Below are positions 52,401 to 64,000 of a DNA stretch of 64,000 bases, one piece after another. Source of the stretch: Amphiscolops sp. MND2022 (Eukaryota); NCBI GenBank assembly GCA_964187785.1, contig OZ076409.1, positions 24,058,001-24,122,000 of the forward strand, given 5' to 3'. The translations under genes and the position numbers were made by a program. The number at the start of each line of letters is the position of its first letter. The first letter of the stretch is position 1. The notes beneath the pieces are model-generated. The model ran no database searches, was not told the DNA's origin, and saw only the letters and a program-made list of their open reading frames with translations.

Positions 52401-53629
52401 CACATAGCACCATTGTCCAGCCAAAACCTTCCAAAAACAAAAAAAAACGTGTTTGTCCTTAATCAGTAGTAGTACGTTATATACACCTCTTATTTCTTTG
52501 TTTACCACCTAAAACTAAAACCCCTCACGTGATCTTTTGAGAGTTCTTACCAGGCTTTGATGTGGAGGCAACAGCGGACGAAGTCCCCCCAGAAGGAACG
52601 ACGCTCTTTTCTCCAAACTCAGACGGCACATCAGATTCCACTGCCGCACGACGATCGTCCACACCAGAGATGCTCCCAGCTACGGAGCGTGGTAGAGAAG
52701 AAGTCTCACCACCACGGGGAACGAGAGGAGCTTGACCCAGTTCTCGCAACACTTCCTTCATTTTGTCCAGGAATTCCTCGACAGCGAGAGCACCCACTGT
52801 CCCTAGCCGGCCCAAACTAGACTCGATTGCAGCCTTCACCCACTGCTGAATTTCCCGTTCTACACGTTGAAACACTTCAGTGAACTGCCCCACAATGACA
52901 TCAGCTCGAATGGCATCTGCAAAGTAACCCTTAGTTCATAGCACCTACTTTGGACTCAACGACTGAAGGCATCTATCACCGCCTGGTTAGAGAACAGCAA
53001 CCGTATACTGCATGCATTGGTATTGAACAACAAAAGAACCAAAAGACCCCCCCAGCAGATAACTTAACTTCACAGTAACCGTGAATTCACCTACCAAGTT
53101 GCGATGTCAGAAAGGCATCCAGTCGACGAAGGATGGGCGCAGCCTCCGTCTCAGAACCCTCAGCAGTTCCAGTGGCTATCGAAGCACGAAAGCGACGTAA
53201 ATAACTGACCACGTCGGACATGTTGACATCAGCTACAAACACGAGAACACTCTATTTAAAATGCTACGCCTGACACTCCCTAACATTACGGGACTCAAAC
53301 TTGAAAGTATGCAAACTTGAAGGAAAGACTTAACTCTCCCTTACGCTTTAGACATACCACTGATAGTAGTACAATATACGAAGTGAGCACTTACCAAATT
53401 CCTGGGAGAGAACGACATCCAATAAATCGCTTAAACCAGCGATATTAGCAGAAGATACCCGAGCCGCAAACTGACAGCAGTAACTAGTCTCCAGCAATAA
53501 TCCTGATAACTACAGATCGCCTCCACTTCCACCTAGCTGAGCCCCCTCTCCGGCCATCTGATTCTCCACTTCAGCGACTAACTCAGCTAATCCGGGACCA
53601 AAGGACTGACCTGCCTCATCATCAGACAT
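49455..53629 (-). pseudogene. Spliced antisense accessory gene of element B; Zn-finger, hAT-transposase-like, this copy disrupted
   Basis: Exons (-): 53629-~53514 (join uncertain), 53470-53395, 53232-53095, 52916-52551, 52379-51820, 51701-51212, 51093-50883, 50734-49455; GT-AG and phase-compatible. Stops at 52300, 52168, 50649; frameshift ~51245. Confidence 0.82.
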
Positions 53630-54431
53630 ATTGGATAACGCTGGGAGAAAAGGAAATAACTGAAACTCTCCGGGGAAATAATAATCGGCGACGAAGACAC
53701 GACTGCCAAAGCTCATTCTTCCGTTTATTGTTGTTATAGACTGATCACCTATTCCAATATACAATGGATACCTGATCTCCTCATCAAACAGTTTTACTCT
53801 AGTAATACTGGACATTCAAGGAACCATATTTTTGGACCTACTTCCACCAGACATCAAATGCTAATTACAAGAAGCAGAAAGAAAGCAGTCGTATTTCCCA
53901 GCCAAAAAAGACTAATTCCCCGAACAATCTTATCAGTACAAGCGATACCCGAAAAACACAGGACTAACAGTGCAAAAAACAAAACATGGACATATTTTCA
54001 TCATTGTGGAAGAATGAGCAAAAGGTTGACAAACGGAGGTGAATACTCTCAAATTAAAGCGGGATCAAATTTCAATTCAAACAGTAATTGACTCGACTGA
54101 CTTTCACTATGGCAACACAACAAATCAATCAACTGCCGATGATCGATGAAAAGTTGCTTAAACAAACATCACACTCAATGCGCACTACACGGATGACGTG
54201 GCTGTCAAACCGTTTCTATAAATAGACTTCAACTTCCGACTACCTACTATTTGCCTGCCTCACCTTGTCCATTCACGCTTCCGAATGTTTCCAGAAGCTA
54301 CATTGCCACCCACGCGTTTCTCTATACCTTGCATGCCACTTCAGCCGCTGTTCAAAACTCCACTCAGATATCTGCTACCTCTCAACTCGACCGTTCACCT
54401 TACCCATTACCCCTACAGCCTGCTCTCTCTC

Positions 54432-54448
54432 AAAAAGGGGGGGGGGAA
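54432..54448 (+). other. Polypurine tract of element B
   Basis: A5-G10-AA directly before the TG of the 3' LTR. Confidence 0.9.
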
Positions 54449-55530
54449 TGTCATGCCCGCCAAGCATGAAGGACTTAAACGAACTCTAAAACATTAATTT
54501 ATACATCAAACTCCCTAAAATACAGATCATCATGAAAATACATTGCAGTAATTTATTCCCCGAACAATACAGTTGAGAGTATAACGACTGGAACTAACAG
54601 TCATCAATACTAAATTCATTCATATTATTGTGCATCGTTTAGAAACCAAGACTGAAACAATCAGTCTTCAGCTATCGTGATAGTTTGTGATTTAATCATT
54701 CTTCATCCATTTTTTATATTACATGTAAAGTATTACCAGAATATTCAATCATTCATAACAACTACATTTCGTTCATTCATATTAGCAATTTGTACAATGC
54801 CTTTTAGTAATTATCCTCCAAACAATAATTGAATCAGTCACCATGATGATAAGAACACGAGGTAGTAAAGCCTCAGTTTAAGAGGCAATTGAGACAATTG
54901 CGTGCTAAAATGACTGGTGCTTGCGGTCATACTGGATCAAACATGAATAATTAAACGCCGATTATCACCCGTCACGACTGTAGCCACCAGTCGTCAAGTG
55001 CAATTAAACAGCAATTAGTAAATCGAATGTCATTGGCTAAAAGGAAAGGTGCTAACACACCTTTATAGTTACACAATCGGGTAAAACCGAACTCACTCAC
55101 AAGTTGTAACCATTGATATAACCAGTTGCCTACTACCTTGCTTACGAGTTGTCAATCCTTATTTTAACATTAAAACATTTCAATTCAACTTAAACTTCCA
55201 GACTTTTCATGGTAATTACCAGATCTCAAAGTAGTCAAAATAGACAAGTAGAAACTGAAAATATGGATAGATCAAGCGATAACGAAAGTGAAGCCAGTTT
55301 CCCTGAACTTTTATCCAGAGACCAAATGGTAGACCTTGACTCTGACGACGTTTTAACTAGACGTCAAAACAGTAACAGTTATAACATTGACCAGCGATTT
55401 AATGAGATAAATAGACAAATCGGAGACCTTACCAATATAGTCCTTACACTGACCAATCAGTTTGCCTCCGTTAATGGAGAAGGGAACAGACTGAATCCAG
55501 CAACTACAAGTACTGACGGTCGTTCCGACA
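54449..55530 (+). repeat. 3' LTR of element B
   Basis: Direct repeat of 40626-41707, followed by the TSD CGACC. Confidence 0.97.
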
Positions 55531-55535
55531 CGACC

Positions 55536-57633
55536 CCTATTTGGGGTTCCTCCGCACTGTGCGGAAAAATCGTCCTAACCAGATAGGGTCTCCACTAGGG
55601 TTTTTCAAAAGTTTAAAAGTCTGAAGGGTGCTATTACTTTTTTTACACAGTTTGAACTTTTCAACTTTGGTTTCAAGTATTTTGGTTTTTAAATTTTTTG
55701 AGCTTTAAGTTAAGGAAAAATCCGATTTTTTAGCTGACCCAAGACCTAAAGGGCATCAAGGCGTATTAAGCAGTTGCCTTTGATTCGTTTACCTTTTCAA
55801 TTCCCCCATTGAGACCAAAGTGTCCCCTTTGGGTTTTTCGGCGCAATAAATTTTTGCAGATTTTTCAATCACTTCTTTGTGTTTTTTAATGTTTTCACTT
55901 TAAAAAATACGTTTTCCGAGCCTGAATGGTGCTTTTGCAATTTTTGTTTTCATGCATTTTTCACAACTACTATTTATTCTGAATATTCATTCATTTTAAA
56001 ACCACATGAATATCTTGGTAGAAGAAAAGCAAAAAATCTCTGTCCATGGTTTTCTATTGACGTCGAAAAAAGATCTAAAGATCGTGTTCCAATATATGAT
56101 ACGTCAAACGTAAGAACGTCGACAAAGAGGATTCTTTGCTTTAAGCTCGAAGCCACCTGTTGATTTTCTGGCTTGTTTTCATCTAATTGCATAGCACCAG
56201 ACAATGTTTGCGATGTCTGAAAAATTAATTTTTCACGTATATCTTGTACGAACAGGCGAGTACCTCAAGGTTTAAACTAGATTTTTATTCAGTACTTCTC
56301 GGCACTTTGAAATAAATCCGAAAGGCTAAGTTATTTAGTATTTCTAGGAGTTTTAGATTTTTTTGATGTTTCGAAATTATTTCTAGGAAACTAATAATAT
56401 CCCTAAAAAGACAATTCATGTGAAGTCGGCATTGCCAATTACACGATCTTTCTTGAACCACACTGCATTTTTTCGCTGTCTTGGCTTTAGCGGTTTTCTT
56501 CTTTTTCTTTCGCCCCAATTATTTTTGCTTGAAATTATAAATTTTGTTTGAAAGCACTTGCCCCTTGAACTTGTGGTATACACTAGAGTCTGACTGGGCC
56601 TGTGACCTGGAAAGCAGTAGTACCTGGGTCCGAGTCCAGTACAAACCCATTTTCTTATTGCTTATAAATGTACAAGAGAACAAAACGACCCTTATTTGGG
56701 GTTTCTCGGCACTGTGCGGAAAAATCGTCCTAACCAGATAGGGTCTCCACTAGGGTTTTTCAAAAGCTTAAAAGTCTGAAGGGTGCTATTACTTTTTTTA
56801 CACAGTTTGAACTTTTCAACTTTGGTTTCAAGTATTTTGGTTTTTAAATTTTTTGAGCTTTAAGTTAAGGAAAAATCCGATTTTTTAGCTGACCCAAGAC
56901 CTAAAGGGCATCAAGGCGTATTAAACAGTTGCCTTTGATTCGTTTACCTTTTCAATTCCCCCATTGAGACAAAAGTGTCCCCTTTGGGTTTTTCGGCGCA
57001 ATAAATTTTGGCAGATTTTTCAATCACTTCTTTGTGTTTTTTAATGTTTTCACTTTAAAAAATACGTTTTCCGAGCCTGAATGGTGCTTTTGCAATTTTT
57101 GTTTTCATGCATTTTTCACAACTACTATTTATTCTGAATATTCATTCATTTTAAAACCACATGAATGTCTTGGTAGAAGAAGAGCAAAAAATCTCTGTCC
57201 ATGTTTTTCTATTGACGTCGAAAAAAGATCTAAAGATCGGGTTCCAGGATATGATACGTCAAACGTAAGAACGTCGACAAAGAGGATTCTTTGCTTTAAG
57301 CTCGAAACCACCTGTTGATTTTCTGGCTTGTTTTCATCTAATTGCATAGCACCAGACAATGTTTGCGATGTCTGAAAAATTAATTTTTCACGTATATCTT
57401 GTACGAACAGGCGAATACCTCAATATTTAAACTAGATTTTTAACCAGTACTTTTCGGCAACTTGAAATAAATCCGGAAGGCTAAGTTATTTGGTATTTCT
57501 AGGAGTTTTAGATTTTTTTGATGTTTCGAAACGATTTCTAGGAAACTAATATTATCCCTAAAAAGACAATTCATGTGAAGTCGGCATTGCCAATTACACG
57601 ATCTTTCTTGAACCACACTGCATTTTTTCGCTG
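55536..57633. repeat. ~1155-bp tandem duplication; copy 1 = 40413-40625 + 55536-56477 (split by element B), copy 2 = 56478-57633
   Basis: Near-identical sequence at a 1155-bp offset (e.g. 55879 vs 57034); 56478-56690 matches 40413-40625. Confidence 0.92.
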
Positions 57634-60155
57634 CCTTCCGAATTATTAGGAAGTTTCAAATTTCCGAAAAATACAACTCTCAAATTTCAACAGAGAAATT
57701 ATTTATATTGGCTTTTTCAGAGCTCCGACAAGAAATAATTGCAGATAACATACCTAAAACTATACAGATGACAAGAAACAGTCTAAAATCTAAGGTTCAA
57801 CTGTCGCAATTCAATAAGCAAATTCCATAAAATTCAACAGATTGTTTATATTACCGAGCTAAAGTTTCATCTAGTGATAGACATAGTTTTCCTTGTTCTT
57901 GAGTATTGTAACATTCCACTTATCCTTTGATTCCGTTAGGTTTTAAATAGTATGTGGTTCATTCTTTGAGAAAACAGTTTTGATGAAATCTCAGAGATTA
58001 CCTTATATTGTTGGCAGTTTTCCGCCCTCGTAAAATCTTCCAATTTTTTATTGGATTGAGGTCCGGGGAGTTGGCTGTTTACTCCGATAGACACTTTCCC
58101 GGTCAAATCAAGAATGCGTAGAAACCCCATATCAATGAGGGAAGCGTGGGACGGAGAATTTTCATGCGTGATTATAAAGTCGCCCATGTCCTAAAAATGT
58201 GTTTCTGGAAGCAAATTTCCTAGCAGGAACTTGATGTATTGACAGCAGTCATTTTCAAGCTGTCTGGTACAATGAATGATTGAATGGGCCTACGAATTTA
58301 GACCCAAGAATAAAGAAAAAATGAGCCCTTCGCCACTTTGCTGTTTCGTCTAACTGCGATATACAGTTTTTTAAATACCCAAACCCATGAGAATGGATCT
58401 GGACCATCCAAGGATGATCGAAACTCGTCTTTAAGCAGGACTTTAGCAACATTTTTTTTCACGTTTATTACTGCAAACCCAACTGTACTGCTAACCCTCT
58501 GTCGCCCAACTGATGAGCAGAGGCTTTTAAAGCACTGATTTCACTTCAGCCAGGACTTGGATTGTTCTCCAGCGGCAGGATCTAGAATTGACTTGAACAC
58601 TGATTTCATTGAAACACTTTTGATGTGTGAATAGTGGGTTTCGGGCAGTCTTCAAAACCGTCAATTCTTTTTGCTTGATTATTCTTTAGTTGCCATCGCT
58701 TTGACTTTGGACGTCTTTTGCACAAAACTTTTGGTTGTTCAGTGATTGCGAGATAACATCATAACTCTTTCAATGGTACATTTTTGACTGGAGCTCTGAT
58801 TTTTTTTCATTTTTCGTCAAATCACGCTTCCACCCCACAATGTTGTCAGCATAGGTATTTGAAATATCATCAGAAACTAATCTAAAAAAATAAATGACAG
58901 TATAAGCTTTCACTCACCCTTGTTGAATTTTGCTGCTTGCTCAACAATTCAGCACGTTTTTGAATTTGAGGATTGCAGTTAATATGTTTGAATGCAAGAT
59001 TTACATGTAAAAGCTCGTGTTTTGGTCTATGTTTTTGCTTGCTTGTAATTCGGAACACACAGTATACAACCAACGAACCAAACCGGCGCCTGCTAGAAAA
59101 CTAAAAAACTACAAATTCTTTCAAATGAGTGCAAGGGCAACGTTTGTCAAAATTGTTCAGACTCGAAAACAGGAATTATACAACTAAAGCATCAAAAACC
59201 CATTACTGTCGGAATTTTATGTAGAAAAAGTTGCAGTGCCAAAATTGTCAGAGGAGACATTTTAGGCTCGCAAAACGCTTTTCCAAACCAAAAACAAAAC
59301 AAAACAAAGAAGGACTTCTTGGTGAATAAAAGTCGCGCAGTATTGGTTGAAGAATTCGAGGGGGACTTTATGGTCTACTCTACCTTAGCGAAAATGAAAT
59401 TTTGTCTAGCTCGGGAACCCACCGACTGCTGTTTACCAGCCAATCAACCCACTAGGTACGAAATCAGTAACGAAGCTGAAGAAATTGAACAATTAAAGTG
59501 GTCATTACAGTGTCAGCTGTAAAAAAACCGTCAGAAAAACGTGTTTTCAAAAAACTTCCCACAAAAATGATTAAATTGCTTGAAAGACTTTCCGGAACAA
59601 AAAAATTTTGAAGGTTTTTTCACTTTCCTGTCATTTTCAAATAGATGTAGACATCTGTTTTGTGAATTGGAGACCAGGTTGTTTGCGATTTGTTCCTTAC
59701 GAATGTTGGGGAAATTAATTAAACTAGGAAAACTATGTATATCTCTTTCAGATTTTTTAAAAAACTTTCCGAAAACAAATTAACGGGTCATCGATTTTGG
59801 AACTTTTTGATTGCATGTCCAATGGCTTTTAGCTCTATGAGAAACAAGTGTAAAACAAAGGGACACATGCTCGTTGTTATTGTTACTTTTTGTTTCGAAA
59901 CCTATTGAAAAATTGCAAAAGTTATTAAAAATCGTTTTTTTAAGTGGTTCTTAGTGGTTAGGGTTCGAGAAAATCATTCTCTTAGTGGTTAGGGTTCGAG
60001 GAAGCAGAAGTAAGTGAGTCCGAATTGCGTAGGACCAGCACTTATTGATGATTACAAACGTATACGAGATTGAAGGGTCAACAGGTTTGAAGTTCAAGGG
60101 AATTCAGGCTAGTTGCCTCAACAATGGCTGCAATTTGATAATTTTGACACATTTT

Positions 60156-60305
60156 TATTTTCCGCCATATTATTTTCCGCCATATTATTTTCCACCATAG
60201 TATTTTCCGCCATAGTATTTTCCGCCATATTATTTTCCGCCATATTATTTTCCGCCATATTATTTTCCGCCATATTATTTTCCGCCATATTATTTTCCGC
60301 CACAT
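60156..60305. repeat. 15-bp minisatellite (TATTTTCCGCCATAT) x10
   Basis: Directly visible tandem array. Confidence 0.95.
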
Positions 60306-62144
60306 TATCCATATGGGAAAGGAAAATATTTGAATCAAACGGTTTTTTTTACAAAATTTGCCAAGCACCAAATTTATATTTAACTTTACAAATATAACAA
60401 ACCGGGATTGCTCAATTTTCCTAAAGTTGCAAAAGACCTAGTTTCAAGCTTTTACATTTTCTCAGTGCCAAAAACTACATCAAGAAATACGCCTGAGACT
60501 AGGAAACCACTTTTTCCCAACAGGAATCGCAAAAAATTCAGTTTTTTTGAATTTTCTGGTAAAATTTTACAATGGCGAAACATGCTTCAACTCGCAAAAC
60601 TATTTTTCCCTAGCCGAAATCACCTATGAAAGCAAGGGGGTACTCTTTGACCAAATGAAAGTTTCGGAAAGATGCACAGAGCTGAAAAATTGAAATGGAG
60701 GTAATTTCCTCCAATCAATAAGAAACCTCGTCACTTCCATATGATCAAAGGTAACAAAGAAGTCACCCTCAAGACTTGGGAAACTTATTTCGTTTACAGA
60801 AAATCTAAAAAACTAAACATTGCAAAAAATGTTTTTCAAAATTTATTTTCAAAAAATTTATTGAAAATTTTCTTTTCTCGGTAAGTCGCATAGTGCCGAA
60901 AAGTGGCCAGCTATCGCAGCAATAATAAATTAGGTATTTCCTTTAAAATGGGCTAAGACGAATCAAAGCTTTCTTTTCTTCGAACTTCTTTGCGTTTTGA
61001 TAGTGCATTGGTTATTCTTGAGCCTCAAATTTATGTAGTTGTAGAACAGTTTGGGGCGGAAAGTATCTCGCTGCTCAGCGGGCGTCTTGTAACTTTTTGA
61101 AACAATAACCACATGTTTCTAAGTACAAGCTAATCGTTTGTTGTTGATCTGTCGGGATACTCATATCCACAAAAACAACCAAATCGCACATAACAGCCTA
61201 CAGTTGAAAGCAAAGATGAAGCAAAGAAGAAAAAGTTATTTGTCTTGCAATGCTTCGAAACCGAAAAGGCAGCTCAGTTTTTCAAAACGATCCTTTCACT
61301 GGATACTCCACTTAGCTAACTACGGGTCTTCATTTGCAACCAAATGTGGCCGACTTCATACTGTGATTCCAGAGTGGCTTAACCAAGGTAACAAAGTTCT
61401 GACTGCTCACCGTTAATCTTTATATCGTCGTTTTCTCCGCTAAAGGCATTTTTTCAAGCTTATACAAGCAAAGCAATACTTGAAAAATTGTTCAAAACCC
61501 TACAATGGTGATTTGAGTGAAATTCAAAAGTCATCTGAACAGAGGCCTAATGTTCTAACTACTACACCATGATCCACAATTTTTGAAAAGCAGATGCTTT
61601 TTTGATTATTTACGAGATGACTCAGGAACACGTTTTAAAAATTGTACTTGGTTTGGTGGCCGTATTAATTGTCTTCCAAATTTTTGGATCTCAAAGCCCG
61701 CGAAAACTTCCTTGAGTTGTGCAAAAACGTTCGTAACTTAGTTTCGAGTTTAATTTACAAAAACTTTCAGTTGAAATTATGATTATGGAAATTATCAGGG
61801 AAAAACGATTCAGTTCTTCTTTGAAATTTGTGCTCATTAGTCGAGAGTTCTCCTCTGAGTTTTGAAGAAAATCATACTATTGAAAACATCAACAAGATGA
61901 ACACAAATGGCATGGGACAATCGAAAGAGTAAAACTTGAAATTCTTGTTCATTCCACGAACTTCGTTGATTGAAGTAAAAATCGAAAATAAGGATGCTAT
62001 TATAGCGTTGGACAAAAATAATGAGAATAGAATAAACACATTTTATTCGAAAACTGAATTTAATAAAGAAATATATATTATGTCAACTTTAAGAAGAAAC
62101 AATTGGTATCATAAAAACATAGTCAATATATTACTAGTTTTCCT

Positions 62145-63105
62145 TCATTTTTGACACATTTCGAAAATCTTCGCGTAAGTTGCATCTATCAATTTCTTCC
62201 TCGTCTTTAAATCCAGAATTGTGCAACAATCCCAAGCATATTGTCTAAGTTCGTCAAGATTTTTCGGATTTTTCTTCTTAATCTCATGCTTGAATATCTG
62301 CCACACATTCTCAAAAGTCCAAAGATTGGGTGAATTCGGTGGCGACTGCAAAAGTTGAATGCCATGCCCTGACAGGTAATATCGAGTGCTGGCTGCTGTA
62401 TGTGGGGTCGCGCCGTCCTGTTCAAGAATCCAACCGTCTGGACAAAGCTTGTTGGCATAAGGTATGAAGTAGGCAAGGGTGTCCTGGTTAAATTCAGAGT
62501 TAACATTCGCATTATTTTGGTAGATATGCATGAAAAATCCTTTTTCCGACAGAGCACCCCAGACCATAATTTTTTGGGAGAATTTCCGGACCTTTTTCTT
62601 AGGATACGAGCTGTTCTTTGATGACCAAACTTTGATGGTATTTCGATGCAACTGGAATGTACACTCGTCTGTTAAGAAAACATTATCGAAGATTTCTGGA
62701 ACATTGAATTGCTTGCAGAAGTCCAGTCGTTTGATCTCTTGCTGTTGAGAAATATTCGGAACTTTCTTTGGCATTTTTTTCGATATTCCGGATCTCAAGA
62801 GTGTCCGTTATTAAGTCCGGGAGGACACTGAATATTTGTGAGATTTTTCGAAGCAATTTTTAACGTCTGCGGCTGAAAAAAAGAGGATTTCTCAAAGCAA
62901 TTTGCGTAATTGCCTTTTCTTGGGATGCAGAAAATTTCTGAGGGCGACCTTTTCCTTTTCTTATTTCCAAGCTTTCTCCATTGCGAATTCTTCCAATTTT
63001 TCGATATACGGCAGCTAATGAAAGGCCTGTTCTTTCACATAATTCTCGCGGATTTTTTGAACAATTTCGATAGAGAAATTCAAGTACACAGTTAACGTTT
63101 TTCAT
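62145..63105 (-). pseudogene. Tc1-family (DD34E) transposase, disrupted
   Basis: N-terminal HTH with GKGRP; FLTDECTF, KIMVWGA, EQDGATPH-(D34E)-PNSPNLWTFENVW; broken near 62800-62860. TIRs not identified. Confidence 0.88.
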
Positions 63106-64000
63106 TTTTAAAATGAAATCAACAAAACGGAAGTTTATACTGAATTTAGCGCGGGTAAACAAAATTTGAACATGCCACAAGTTAAACCGTACAACATTGA
63201 AAAATTTTACCAAAGGAAATTTTGATTTGATTTCGCTATCAGATGATATGTTCTTTTCAAAAAATATAATTATTCTCATTATTTTTGTCCAACGCTATAA
63301 GAACAAAATTTTGTTGTTGAATTCTGTGGATATTATTACCCACAAAAACAAGGTATATACAAAATTAGCACAAAACCAGTTGAAAACAGGCAATTTCTTG
63401 AATTTCCTGTTGTTTTTCGACATACCCAGACTTTTTCATGAACCTCGAATTTTTCCCCGGAAATGATGCCCTATGTAGGTTTTCATTTTGTCCTTGAACT
63501 CTCTGAAAAGTATTACCGGCAGAAGATCCAGAAATTGAGCAAAAGTTGCATAAAATTGCCGAAAAATAGTTTTTTCATTTCGGAGAAAATTTTGTCTGAG
63601 CATAACATTACCCATCAAAACATCCAGAAACAGGACCAAAATTTATGAAAAAATGTCAAAAATTGGAAAACATTTGGAAAATTCTAATAGATTTTTTTGC
63701 TAGATTTTGGCGCCTCAAAATTTGTTCCGAAAAATTGAAGGAAAAATAAGTCGAGTTAGCCAATTTCAAAATGCTGTAAAAATGTGTAGAATTGAATTTG
63801 AGTGCTAGTTTTCGCCCAATCGACATATTTTGACCCAAATGAGAGATTTAAACTATAAAATCGAAAATCGAAGCCAAAACATTTTCAATTCCCCTCTTAC
63901 GTCCCATTTTGGATTCCTTTTTCAAAGTCAGTGTATATTTGGACTTTATTCTTTGTTTATCGTATTTAACTTAATATGAACTCCATATTTGGGCTACGTG

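Larger units (their letters stand above)
40626..55530 (+). mobile_element. Full-length Ty3/gypsy LTR retrotransposon, element B (14.9 kb, recent insertion)
   Basis: Two 1082-bp near-identical LTRs; 5-bp TSD CGACC; PBS; PPT; gag-pol. The empty site is visible in the paralogous repeat at ~56686. Confidence 0.97.

Noticed and set aside
57930..58800. Coding-like minus-strand sequence
   Set aside because: Broken by stops and no recognisable motif; possibly an old TE or pseudogene but cannot be assigned without a search.
60078..60397. Repetitive ORFs (WRKII / AILFS / MAENN)
   Set aside because: Translations of the 15-bp minisatellite. Not a CRISPR array either: there are no unique spacers and the context is eukaryotic.

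Overview
AT-rich animal (invertebrate-like) genomic window with two host genes: the 3' part of CCDC39 (+) and a three-exon Vax homeobox gene (-). The rest is mostly transposable elements: a solo LTR, a Merlin derivative with a nested MITE, a decayed Ty3/gypsy, a hAT derivative, a Tc1 remnant, and two full-length ~15 kb related but divergent Ty3/gypsy elements, A (20490-35983, -) and B (40626-55530, +). Main result: between pol and the 3' LTR, A and B each carry a homologous multi-exon gene on the strand opposite to gag-pol. Three intron positions and phases are conserved between the two copies. By motif recognition the product looks like a catalytically dead hAT-transposase derivative with an N-terminal Zn finger. 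Element A is also covered in a helically phased palindromic motif (NGATG-N6-CGATG-N9-CATCG-N6-CATCN), which could be the target of such a protein. In both elements gag starts ~110 codons inside the LTR and reads through the PBS. All calls come from manual reading; no database searches were run.
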